A stretch of 42,332 nucleotides of DNA from the NCBI GenBank assembly GCA_947488685.1, contig CANLAH010000001.1:1-42332 (forward strand). Direction: 5' to 3'. Below, in pieces: positions 1 through 10,102 of this stretch (position 1 is its first letter; every line of letters starts with the position of its first letter). The notes below the pieces were generated by a model, which saw only the letters and a list, made by a program, of their open reading frames with translations, was not told the DNA's origin and searched no databases. The DNA comes from Acidimicrobiaceae bacterium (lineage in GTDB: Bacteria > Actinomycetota > Acidimicrobiia > Acidimicrobiales > Ilumatobacteraceae). A program made the translations under genes and the position numbers.

Positions 1-1338
1 ACGTCCAGCAGAACGACCGCCACCATAGCCACCGCCGCCTTCCCGACGTGGACAATCCGAACGTCCACCAGAGCGACCGCCACCCGAGCGACCGCCGCCT
101 GAGCGACCGCCGCCTTCGCGACGAGGCCCGCGTGGGTCTTCGATGATTGGCATTTCGCGGAACACTCGCTCACCTGGAGCAAGTGTTTGCAAGAACGTAT
201 CGTCTGGGGCAACCTTGGTTGTTGTCGCAGTGATGCCAGCTTCTTGTGTGAGTTTTTTGACAGAGCGACGTTGCTGATCGGTCATCATGGTGACGACTGT
301 GCCTGATGCTCCAGCACGCGCTGTTCGACCAGAGCGATGCAAGAAAGCCTTGTGTTCTTCTGGTGGATCAGCATGAATAACGATGGCGATGTCGTCAACG
401 TGAATTCCGCGTGCAGCGATGTCGGTGGCAACGAGTGTCTCAACTTTGCCAGCAGAATACGCAGCAAGGTTCTTAGCACGCACTGCTTGTGACAAGTTGC
501 CGTGCAGTTCAAGAGTAGGAACGCCCGCTTTGATGAGCTGTTCTGTCAGGCGCTTGGCACCATGCTTGGTGCGAGTGAAGACGAGTGATTTTCCGGGGGC
601 AGCACACAGATCTGCAATGACAGCAACGCGAGTATCTGTATTGACATGCAATACGTGATGCTCCATTTCGTCAACTTGGTATTGATCTGAGTCAACTTCG
701 TGTGTGACTGGATTGTTGAGGTACGTCTTGACAAGTCCTGCGATTCCGCGATCAAGAGTTGCAGAGAACAGAAGTCGCTGGCAATCTTTTGGAGTGTCAT
801 CAAGAATCTGCTTGACGTGTTGCAAGAATCCAAGGTCAGCCATGTGGTCGGCCTCGTCGAGCACTGTCACTTCAGCATCGTCCATGCGAACATGTCCTGA
901 TTCCATGAGGTCGACAAGTCGACCTGGGCAAGCAACGACAACGTCAACTCCGTCACGCATGGCTTGAATTTGGCCGTTGTAAGCAACGCCACCGTACACA
1001 GTGGTGAAACGCATGTGCAGCGCGCGAGCAAATGGCGCGAGTACGTCACGTACTTGATTGGCTAGTTCACGCGTTGGGACCAAGATCACCGCACGCGGTG
1101 AGTTGGGGCGGCGTTCAAAATTTGATTCGTCAAGACGGGCAAGCATCGGCAGAACGAAAGAAAGCGTTTTGCCTGAACCTGTGCGTCCGCGACCCAATGT
1201 GTCGCGACCAGCAAGCGCGTCAGGAATTGCCGCGATCTGGATGGGAAATGGTGCTGTAATTCCTTGTTCGTCAAGTACGGCGACTAGGGGCGCAGGCAAA
1301 CCGAGGTCTGCAAAAGTGAGGGGACGTTCGTCCACCAT
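1..1338 (-). CDS. DEAD-box ATP-dependent RNA helicase; the C-terminal RGG-rich tail runs off the left window edge
   Basis: Absent from the ORF track because no stop lies inside the window. My minus-strand translation from ATG (1336-1338) gives MVDERPLTFADLGLPAPLVAVLDEQGITAPFPIQ (Q motif), GRGRTGSGKT (motif I), VLDEAD (about 848-865), FSAT (about 757-768) and an RGG/GGRS tail at 1-130. The frame is open to base 1. GGAG lies 6 nt upstream of the ATG. Confidence 0.85.
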   Translation of the reverse strand, partial: MVDERPLTFADLGLPAPLVAVLDEQGITAPFPIQIAAIPDALAGRDTLGRGRTGSGKTLSFVLPMLARLDESNFERRPNSPRAVILVPTRELANQVRDVLAPFARALHMRFTTVYGGVAYNGQIQAMRDGVDVVVACPGRLVDLMESGHVRMDDAEVTVLDEADHMADLGFLQHVKQILDDTPKDCQRLLFSATLDRGIAGLVKTYLNNPVTHEVDSDQYQVDEMEHHVLHVNTDTRVAVIADLCAAPGKSLVFTRTKHGAKRLTEQLIKAGVPTLELHGNLSQAVRAKNLAAYSAGKVETLVATDIAARGIHVDDIAIVIHADPPEEHKAFLHRSGRTARAGASGTVVTMMTDQQRRSVKKLTQEAGITATTTKVAPDDTFLQTLAPGERVFREMPIIEDPRGPRREGGGRSGGGRSGGGRSGGRSDCPRREGGGGYGGGRSAGR

Positions 1339-1455
1339 AATATTCTCCAATGATAAGGGGATAAAGCCACAGATACCGGTGTGTACCAATGGGCGCACCG
1401 AAGTGCATGTAGCACACTAACGCCCCTTTTTCCAAAAAACTCAAAGACGGTGAGA

Positions 1456-1851
1456 TTAATTCTGGAGAACAAATTTTATAGCTGTATTGCCGACTCGTTT
1501 GGATGGTCTCAACACCCCTGCAACAGCGCCGAATATATGAAGCAAGCGCCCTAATACGAAATATTTTGAGCGAATTGCTCGGGCAACTTGCTCGGATGAT
1601 ATTTCATCCAGCACACAGGATGTTCCGTGGTAGATCGTGGCGTTGGGCTTGACTGCACCACTGCGGTCGCACACGCAAACAGTGATGTTGGGGTTCTTGG
1701 TGATGCGTTTGATTTTAAATGATGAAGCACCGGTGGTGAAGCCGTAACCATCTGCAAACGGCACGACCCACACGGCAGTTGATACCGGTGTTCCGTTGCT
1801 CTTCAGCGAGGAAAACGCAATGTATTTCGCTGAATCTATTTCATTAATCAC
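1456..1851 (-). CDS. PPOX-class (pyridoxamine 5'-phosphate oxidase-like, probably F420/FMN-dependent) small protein
   Basis: ORF track gives 1456..1920, but its first 23 codons are the tRNA-Pro gene read in frame. I moved the start to GTG 1849-1851. The remaining 131 aa (VINEIDSAKYIAFSSLKSNGTPVSTAVWVV...KRITKNPNITVCV) resemble the split-barrel PPOX family. The start is uncertain. Confidence 0.6.
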   Translation of the reverse strand: MINEIDSAKYIAFSSLKSNGTPVSTAVWVVPFADGYGFTTGASSFKIKRITKNPNITVCVCDRSGAVKPNATIYHGTSCVLDEISSEQVARAIRSKYFVLGRLLHIFGAVAGVLRPSKRVGNTAIKFVLQN

Positions 1852-1852
1852 G

Positions 1853-1926
1853 TCGGGGAGGGGGGACTCGAACCCCCGGCCTCCTGGTCCCAAACCAGGC
1901 GCGCTACCAAGCTGCGCCACTCCCCG
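1853..1926 (-). tRNA. tRNA-Pro (anticodon TGG), CCA not encoded
   Basis: Reverse complement CGGGGAG-TG-GCGC-AGCTTGGTA-GCGC-G-CCTGG-TTTGGGA-CCAGG-AGGCC-GGGGG-TTCGAGT-CCCCC-CTCCCCG-A folds as a perfect 74-nt cloverleaf with 7/4/5/5 bp stems. The anticodon loop is TT-TGG-GA. Confidence 0.95.
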
Positions 1927-1945
1927 GTAACGATGAATCTACCGT

Positions 1946-2233
1946 TTAAAGTGCGCGTTTTGCTTCGCGAGCAAGACGACGCGCAGTTTTTCCGATTGGA
2001 GCGAGATGACGGTGATCAAGGTCACCACGTTCGTGACCCGTCACAAACAGCACTCGATAGCGCTGCCAGTTAAAACCATTGGCAAGAACCACCTTTCCGT
2101 GGGTGCCGAGTTCGACACCATCTAGATCAACAGTGCTCATCACGGCGTCTCCGAGTTTGAGATCAATTTGTCCCTCGTGGGGATGGGCAAGTGCATGGGG
2201 TTTCCAGAGCGGCATGTTCTTAGTCTTACTCAT
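1946..2233 (-). CDS. hypothetical small protein (95 aa)
   Basis: ORF 1946..2272 trimmed to the internal ATG at 2233 (MSKTKNMPLWKP...), which has GGGGG 5 nt upstream. No motif recognised. Confidence 0.45.
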   Translation of the reverse strand: MSKTKNMPLWKPHALAHPHEGQIDLKLGDAVMSTVDLDGVELGTHGKVVLANGFNWQRYRVLFVTGHERGDLDHRHLAPIGKTARRLAREAKRAL

Positions 2234-2304
2234 GACACCCCCGAACAGCGAAGCAATCGGACAAGTACGCACCCTGAGCGCGACGCCGATACACTTCGGA
2301 GCCT

Positions 2305-3677
<1,373 letters not shown>

Positions 3678-3681
<4 letters not shown>

Positions 3682-4304
3682 ATTTTCAGAACTATTACGT
3701 ACCAAGCGTCACCGAACAGACCAGTCGTGGCGAGCGTGTCTATGACCTCTACAGCAAGTTGCTCAAAGAAAACATTATTTTTTTGGGAACACCCATCGAC
3801 GACACCATTGCCAACCTGATGTGTGCGCAACTCATTCATCTTGAGAGTGAAAACCCAGATCGTGATATCAACATTTACATCAACAGCCCAGGCGGTGACA
3901 TCACAGCGCTGTTCGCGATCTACGACACAATGCAGTTCATTAAAAATGACATCGCCACGATTTGTTTGGGACAGGCAGCCTCAGCCGCAGCAGTTCTGCT
4001 CGCAGCCGGAACCAAAGGCAAGCGACTTGCTTTGCCTCACAGCCGAGTGATGTTGCATCAGCCCTACGGCCAGGTCGGATATGGCCAGGTCACCGATCTT
4101 GAGATCGCCGCTCGTGAAATTATGCGCATGAGGGACCTTCTGGAAGAGGTTTTGGCCTTTCATACGGGCCAGACCACAGAACGGGTTCATGCCGATACTG
4201 ACCGAGATTTCGTAATGGAAGCAAATGAGGCCCTCGCGTATGGCATTATCGATGATGTGATTTCATCGCGTCAGTTAACGGACCGTTCCGGCCCAATTCG
4301 CTGA
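3678..4304 (+). CDS. clpP: ATP-dependent Clp protease proteolytic subunit
   Basis: 208 aa. Catalytic context GQAASAAA (Ser), MLHQP (His), DTDRD (Asp). The GTG start overlaps the tig stop (GTGA). Confidence 0.95.
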
Positions 4305-4324
4305 CCACAACCGAGAGGCGCCTC

Positions 4325-5608
4325 GTGGCAAAATTTGGAGACTCAGGAGAGATTCTGAAGTGCTCGTTCTGTGGTAAATCGCAGAAGCAAGTCAAAAAAC
4401 TTATTGCTGGACCTGGTGTCTATATCTGCGATGAGTGTGTCGATCTCTGCAACGAAATCATTGAAGAAGAATTCGCCGAAAAAGGTGATGTGCGCTTTGA
4501 GGTGCTTCCGACTCCACAAGAGACTCGAGAATTTCTTGATCAATATGTCGTAGGTCAAGATCAGGCAAAAAAAGTTTTGGCAGTTGCCGTCTTTCATCAT
4601 TATCGTCGCTTGCAATATCAACAGCAAAACACCGGAGTACGCCGCGACGAAGTCGAACTCGCAAAAAGCAACATCTTGCTGCTCGGCCCAACTGGTTGCG
4701 GCAAGACGCACATGGCTCAGACATTGGCGCGTCTTCTCAATGTGCCGTTCGCGATCGCAGATGCAACTGCTCTTACTGAAGCCGGATACGTCGGTGAAGA
4801 CGTTGAGAACATTTTGCTGAAGCTGCTTCAGGCCGCCGACTTTGACGTAAAAAAAGCCGAAGCCGGAATCGTTTATATCGATGAGATCGACAAGGTTGCG
4901 CGTAAATCAGAGAATCCAAGCATCACGCGGGATGTATCAGGAGAAGGCGTACAGCAAGCGTTGCTAAAAATCCTCGAAGGAACAGTTGCTTCTGTGCCGC
5001 CTCAAGGAGGCCGAAAGCACCCCCATCAAGAATTTATTCAGATCGACACGACGAACGTTTTATTCATCTGCGGCGGAGCATTTGCTGGCCTCGAACAAAT
5101 TATCGAGCAGCGAATCGGTCACAAAGGTGTCGGTTTCCACGGAACAGTTAAATCCAAAGCAGAAAAAGATCCAGGTGATCTGTTCGCGCAAGTTCTTCCA
5201 GAAGACCTTTTAAAGTTTGGCATGATTCCAGAATTCGTTGGTCGACTGCCTATGGTCGGGGCGGTCAACGCTCTAGACCGTTCGTCTCTGATTCAAATCC
5301 TGACCGAGCCAAAGAATTCGCTTGTGAAGCAATACCAGAAACTTTTTGAGTTTGAAGATGTCGAACTCGAGTTCACCACTGCTGCGCTGGGAGCAATTGC
5401 AGATTTGGCACTGAAGCGAGGCACTGGTGCTCGAGGACTGCGTTCAATTTTAGAAGAAATACTGCTTGACACGATGTATGAACTGCCAAGCCGCACAGAT
5501 ATCGCCAAAGTCATTATGGACGTCGAGAACGTGCTTCAAAAAACGAAGCCAGAATTAGTTCCACGAGCGCCGAATCGCGTTGCGCGTCCGCGGCGTGCTG
5601 CTTCGTAG
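4325..5608 (+). CDS. clpX: ATP-dependent Clp protease ATP-binding subunit ClpX
   Basis: 427 aa. N-terminal zinc finger CSFCGK...CDEC, Walker A GPTGCGKT, Walker B VYIDEIDK. Confidence 0.97.
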   Translation: MAKFGDSGEILKCSFCGKSQKQVKKLIAGPGVYICDECVDLCNEIIEEEFAEKGDVRFEVLPTPQETREFLDQYVVGQDQAKKVLAVAVFHHYRRLQYQQQNTGVRRDEVELAKSNILLLGPTGCGKTHMAQTLARLLNVPFAIADATALTEAGYVGEDVENILLKLLQAADFDVKKAEAGIVYIDEIDKVARKSENPSITRDVSGEGVQQALLKILEGTVASVPPQGGRKHPHQEFIQIDTTNVLFICGGAFAGLEQIIEQRIGHKGVGFHGTVKSKAEKDPGDLFAQVLPEDLLKFGMIPEFVGRLPMVGAVNALDRSSLIQILTEPKNSLVKQYQKLFEFEDVELEFTTAALGAIADLALKRGTGARGLRSILEEILLDTMYELPSRTDIAKVIMDVENVLQKTKPELVPRAPNRVARPRRAAS

Positions 5609-5610
5609 CT

Positions 5611-6906
5611 GTGACTTTTGCTGACGCGCTGCGTTATCTGGATGAGCATGCATCGTATGACAAGACAGGTCGAATTGAGTCGCCATCTCTTGACAAAACG
5701 ATACGTTTGTTATCTGTTCTAGATGATCCGCAGAATTTGTTTCGGGTTGTTCATGTCACCGGCACAAATGGCAAAGGGTCAACCAGTCAGATAATTACGC
5801 AATTATTAATCGCTCATGGTCTGCGTGTCGGAACGTACTCGAGCCCACATCTTGAAAAAATTAATGAACGTCTGATGATCGACGGCGAACCAATATCTGA
5901 TGAAGAATTTGGGATTGCGATTGCGGCGGTAGCCGACGCTGAGGTTTTGGCTGGCGTGCGGCCTAGTTATTTCGAGATTGTCACTGCCGCGGCTTTTCGT
6001 TGGTTTGCTGATAATTCTGTAGATGTCGCTGTTGTTGAAGTTGGCATGCTCGGAAGGTGGGATGCCACAAACGTAGTGAATGCAGACGTCGCGGTTATTA
6101 CCAATATTGCTCTTGACCACACCGAGTTTGCTGGTCCTGAACTATCTGATATTGCTCGCGAGAAGGCAGGCATCATCAAGAGCAATTCATCCGTGGTTGT
6201 TGGTGAGACTCGACCACATCTTGTTGAAATTTTTCGATCTGAACCGAGCGACCAAGTAGCCCTCAAGGGTGAAGATTTTAGCGTTGTCGATAATCAATTG
6301 GCATTAGGAGGTCGACTGCTGCATCTCCGAACTCCGCGTGGTGATTTTGCAGAATTGTATTTGCCTTTACACGGAGCCCATCAGGGTGAAAATGCGGTGG
6401 TGGCACTGATGGCAGTAGAAGAGTTTTTTCGTGCTCCACTTTATTTTGAGACTGTAGAAGAAGCGTTTGGCAACGTAAAAATGCCGGGTCGTTTTGAGAT
6501 TGTGGGATATCAGCCACTCATCATTCTTGACGGTGCGCACAACCCTGCTGGCGCTGACGTCTGTGCGCAAGTATTTTTTGAGGATTTTGATCCGCCCGGA
6601 AGACGAATCCTGATAGTTGGCGCACTGCAGGGTAGAGACGTGCATGACACGCTGTCTGCGCTTCGTGCTGACGAATTCGATCTTGTCATTTGTTGTACGG
6701 CTCCCTCGCCAAGAGCACGAAACAGCCAAGAAATCGCTGAAGCAGCGCAGAAACTCGGCTGCACTGAAGTAGTGGCTTTACGTTCGGTAGAAGAAGCATG
6801 CGATCGGGCAGTGCAAGATGCGTCGTCCGACGATGCCATTTTGATTGCAGGATCGCTCTATGTCGTCGGTGCGGCACGACCGTATCTGCGTCGAATCCTT
6901 CCCTGA
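5611..6906 (+). CDS. folC: bifunctional folylpolyglutamate synthase / dihydrofolate synthase
   Basis: 431 aa. Mur-ligase P-loop HVTGTNGKGST. Position matches actinobacterial folC-ndk synteny. Confidence 0.9.
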   Translation: MTFADALRYLDEHASYDKTGRIESPSLDKTIRLLSVLDDPQNLFRVVHVTGTNGKGSTSQIITQLLIAHGLRVGTYSSPHLEKINERLMIDGEPISDEEFGIAIAAVADAEVLAGVRPSYFEIVTAAAFRWFADNSVDVAVVEVGMLGRWDATNVVNADVAVITNIALDHTEFAGPELSDIAREKAGIIKSNSSVVVGETRPHLVEIFRSEPSDQVALKGEDFSVVDNQLALGGRLLHLRTPRGDFAELYLPLHGAHQGENAVVALMAVEEFFRAPLYFETVEEAFGNVKMPGRFEIVGYQPLIILDGAHNPAGADVCAQVFFEDFDPPGRRILIVGALQGRDVHDTLSALRADEFDLVICCTAPSPRARNSQEIAEAAQKLGCTEVVALRSVEEACDRAVQDASSDDAILIAGSLYVVGAARPYLRRILP

Positions 6907-6946
6907 GGCTGTCAAAAATACGATATTTTCCAATAGCCTGTGGCTC

Positions 6947-7357
6947 ATGTCGAACCGCACACTTGTATTACTCAAACCCGATGCTGTCGAGCGTGGTCTC
7001 GTCGGAGACATCGTTAGCCGTTTTGAAAAAAAAGGTCTCGCGATTGTTGCGATGGAATTGCGAGTTCTTGACGGGGCGATCTTGGGACGCCACTACGAAG
7101 AACATCAGGGAAAAGGTTTCTATGCCGACCTTGTGGCATTTATGTCCAGAGGGCCTGTTGTGGCGATGGCGCTTGAAGGCCCAGATGACACATGGGAGAT
7201 CGTGCGCCAAATGATGGGTGCAACAAATCCTCGCGGTGCTGCCTCTGGCACAATTCGAGGTGATCTCGGCACAGAATTTACGGAAAACCTTGTCCACGGC
7301 AGCGATTCAGCCGACTCTGCGGCTCGAGAACTGGGCATCTTCTTCCCTCACCTCTAG
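6947..7357 (+). CDS. ndk: nucleoside diphosphate kinase
   Basis: ORF 6845..7357 trimmed to ATG 6947 (MSNRTLVLLKPDAVERGLVG...). Active-site NLVHGSDS. The upstream 34 codons overlap the folC 3' end. Confidence 0.95.
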   Translation: MSNRTLVLLKPDAVERGLVGDIVSRFEKKGLAIVAMELRVLDGAILGRHYEEHQGKGFYADLVAFMSRGPVVAMALEGPDDTWEIVRQMMGATNPRGAASGTIRGDLGTEFTENLVHGSDSADSAARELGIFFPHL

Positions 7358-7422
7358 TTGGTTCGTCACTACACTGTGAGGTATCTCGGACGAGTAAAGA
7401 CCCGGACTCGAGATCACTTCTT

Positions 7423-8460
7423 ATGACCCGCAAAAATCCCTTATCCATTGGTCGAGATATCGCCATAGATCTCGGAACCGCAAACACCTTGGTGTACGTA
7501 CGCGGGCAAGGGATAGTGCTCAATGAGCCTTCAGTCGTGGCGATAGATATTCGCGATGGCAGGCCCGTCGCCGTCGGATTCGAGGCGAAGCGGATGCTGG
7601 GCAGAACTCCCGCCAATATCAAAGTCGTGAGGCCTTTAAAAGATGGTGTGATCTCTGACTTCGATGTCTGTGAAAAAATGCTGAGATATTTCATTCAGCA
7701 AGTCTCAAATAGTCGTTGGAGCAAACCACGAATGATTATTTGTGTTCCCTCCGGAATCACAGGCGTCGAGCAACGAGCAGTTCAGGATGCAGCTGAGTAC
7801 GCAGGGGCACGAAAACCGGTCTACATCATTGAAGAGCCAATGGCGGCGGCGATCGGGGCGGACCTTCCGGTGCATGAACCCAGCGGCAACATGATTGTTG
7901 ATATAGGTGGCGGAACTACAGAGGTGGCTGTCGTGTCACTCGGGGGCATCGTGGTGTCGCAAAGTGTTCGCGTTGCGGGTGATGAGATTGATGCGGCGAT
8001 CGTGTCCTATGTGCGCCGTGAGTTTTCGCTAGACATTGGTGAGAACACTGCTGAAGAAATAAAGATTCAAATGGGTTCTGCAACTCTGATGGCACAAGAA
8101 ATCTCTGCTGATATTGGTGGCAGAAATACTGTGTCTGGATTACCTCAAACAGTTGAAATTTCATCAGAGAATGTGCGTGAAGCAATTGCCGAGCAAGTAT
8201 CAGCGATTGTTGACGTTATAAAAGCAACCCTGGATCGCACGCCGCCAGAACTTTCTGCCGACATCATGGATCGCGGAATCTATTTGTCAGGGGGAGGCGC
8301 ACTGCTCGCAGGACTCACTGACCGGGTAACAGCAGAAACTGGAATGCCCTGCTATGTCGCAACGAATCCGCTCTATGCAGTGGTCATTGGTTCTGGTAGG
8401 GCGCTCGAAAACATTGAGGCAATGAGCAGCACGATGACCTCACCGAGCCTTGAGTATTAG
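7423..8460 (+). CDS. mreB: rod shape-determining actin homologue MreB
   Basis: 345 aa. IDLGTANTLVY phosphate-1 motif and DIGGGTTEVAV phosphate-2 motif. Confidence 0.95.
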   Translation: MTRKNPLSIGRDIAIDLGTANTLVYVRGQGIVLNEPSVVAIDIRDGRPVAVGFEAKRMLGRTPANIKVVRPLKDGVISDFDVCEKMLRYFIQQVSNSRWSKPRMIICVPSGITGVEQRAVQDAAEYAGARKPVYIIEEPMAAAIGADLPVHEPSGNMIVDIGGGTTEVAVVSLGGIVVSQSVRVAGDEIDAAIVSYVRREFSLDIGENTAEEIKIQMGSATLMAQEISADIGGRNTVSGLPQTVEISSENVREAIAEQVSAIVDVIKATLDRTPPELSADIMDRGIYLSGGGALLAGLTDRVTAETGMPCYVATNPLYAVVIGSGRALENIEAMSSTMTSPSLEY

Positions 8461-8474
8461 GCAAGGCCATTCTG

Positions 8475-9587
8475 ATGGGTGGATTAACGCGAAGACGAGT
8501 CATTGCAATACTTGCCTTGACCTCGATTTTGCTCATCACGATGGATCTTCGCAACAGTTCTTCGGTCTCAAGCGCGCGGCGATTGTTCGGAGCGATTTTC
8601 CATCCGATTGAAGGAGCGACCCGCGTCCTGACGACTCCGATCAACAACATTTGGCATGGAATCACTGATTATGGGGATGTTTCTCAGGACAACAAACGAT
8701 TAAAAGATTTGATTGCCCGTCAAGAAGGAGCAACGATCGCCAATATCGCAGGTGTGCGCGAAGCACAAGAATTACTAGCGCTTAATGGACTGCCCACACT
8801 TGCGGGAATTGACTCATGCACCGGTCAGGTAGTGGGACAATCCCCGTCGAACTTTTCGCAGACAGTAGAAATCAACAGAGGTCGACGTTGCGGAATTCGA
8901 GTTGGCATGCCTGTGCTAAATGCAGCAGGACTCATCGGCAAAGTAACGGAGTCGCTCGACGATCGTGCTGTTGTCATGCTCATAACCGATCCGGCGTATT
9001 CATTATCGGTCAAGATTGTCAATCAACCACCACCCGTCGTGACGGTGCCGAGCAAAGTTCCTGAGTCTCCGGAAAACCAAACGACAACAACGACATCTAC
9101 CACTACGACGACCACTACAACAATTGCTCCCAAAAGTACGATTCCTGGTTTTACGCCTGGCGCCACGATTGCAACTCTGCCGAATGCATCGCCAAATGCT
9201 CCGTCATCTGAGAGCACTATTGCAGGCGATATTCGACCTGGACAAGGAAACGTTTCTCAGATCACAGTTCCGCCAGGAGCAAATTTACCATTACGCGAAA
9301 CCGGTGCTCTTGAGGGTCGCGGTCTATCACGAAATCCAATCGTGCGTTTTATCGAGAATCAGCCACGCTTTGGCGTGGTCTACATTGGTTCTCCGATCGT
9401 GTCGTCTGGTGGAGCGACATCGCTTGCTCCTCCAGACATTGTTGTCGGAACTGTCTCACGCATCATCTCGCGATCCGGAACACTCGGTCCATTACTTGAA
9501 GTCAAAGTGGCTGCCAATCTTGAGTCGCTGAACTTTGTTCGAGTGTTGTTGTATCAGCCAACGACTGAACGGCCTAGTGCACCATGA
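8475..9587 (+). CDS. mreC: rod shape-determining protein MreC with a long Thr/Pro-rich insertion
   Basis: 370 aa. N-terminal TM helix, then the LIGKVTE...LITD and IVSSGG...PPDIVVGTV beta-barrel segments typical of MreC. Sits between mreB and mreD. Confidence 0.85.
   Translation: MGGLTRRRVIAILALTSILLITMDLRNSSSVSSARRLFGAIFHPIEGATRVLTTPINNIWHGITDYGDVSQDNKRLKDLIARQEGATIANIAGVREAQELLALNGLPTLAGIDSCTGQVVGQSPSNFSQTVEINRGRRCGIRVGMPVLNAAGLIGKVTESLDDRAVVMLITDPAYSLSVKIVNQPPPVVTVPSKVPESPENQTTTTTSTTTTTTTTIAPKSTIPGFTPGATIATLPNASPNAPSSESTIAGDIRPGQGNVSQITVPPGANLPLRETGALEGRGLSRNPIVRFIENQPRFGVVYIGSPIVSSGGATSLAPPDIVVGTVSRIISRSGTLGPLLEVKVAANLESLNFVRVLLYQPTTERPSAP
9081..9122 (+). repeat. run of 14 Thr/Ser codons ([14 protein letters not shown]) inside mreC
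   Basis: acg aca aca acg aca tct acc act acg acg acc act aca aca, read in the mreC frame. Confidence 0.85.
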
Positions 9588-10102
9588 ATAGGATTCTTGC
9601 CATTGCCCAACAGCCGTTAACGCGATTGTTTCTTGTCGCATTAATTGTGTTGTCGTTTCAGACAACTATTTTTAATACCATGCGTCCCTTTGGTGTGTGC
9701 TTGCAGGTCATGTTGTTGCTCTCAACTAGCAGTGGTTTAGCGCGCGGTTCAGAAATCGGAGCGATTGCGGGATTTATCGTCGGGATGATGTACGACCTCG
9801 TGCTCAGCACTCCGCTCGGGCTCGGTGCAGTGGTTTTTGCACTTGTTGGCTACTTGGCCGGAATGACTAATTCCTTCGTCCATCAACCCACATGGTGGAC
9901 CAAGATGTTGCTGGCAGGTGCGGCATCTGGGCTGGGAATGCTCTTCATGCCTTTGGCGCTCACGATCGTGGGTCGCGAAGGGGTAATGAATCGACATATT
10001 TTGGTTGTAGCGCTTGTCGTGGGTGTCACTAATGCGGCCGCCACGATTCCGGCAGAACGTTTGTGTGGTTGGGTGCTGTCTGAACCAAGTGAGGTTCGAT
10101 AG
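9584..10102 (+). CDS. mreD: rod shape-determining protein MreD (polytopic membrane protein)
   Basis: 172 aa and very hydrophobic. ATGA overlap with mreC and TAGTG overlap with mrdA. The call is mainly positional. Confidence 0.7.
   Translation: MNRILAIAQQPLTRLFLVALIVLSFQTTIFNTMRPFGVCLQVMLLLSTSSGLARGSEIGAIAGFIVGMMYDLVLSTPLGLGAVVFALVGYLAGMTNSFVHQPTWWTKMLLAGAASGLGMLFMPLALTIVGREGVMNRHILVVALVVGVTNAAATIPAERLCGWVLSEPSEVR

Noticed and set aside
1852-1920. N-terminal 23 codons (MAQLGSAPGLGPGGRGFESPLPD) of ORF-track entry 1456..1920
   Set aside because: This stretch is exactly the tRNA-Pro gene read in frame. A protein start inside a tRNA is implausible, so the CDS was shortened.
6845-6946. N-terminal extensions in the ORF track for ndk and other genes. 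The others: rplU 15368, obg 17116, proB 18404, VWA 22114, phosphatase 23547, SURF1 26398, metX 33028 and rne 13530.
   Set aside because: The extensions overlap upstream genes, lack an RBS, and precede internal starts that reproduce the canonical family N-termini. The internal starts were used instead.
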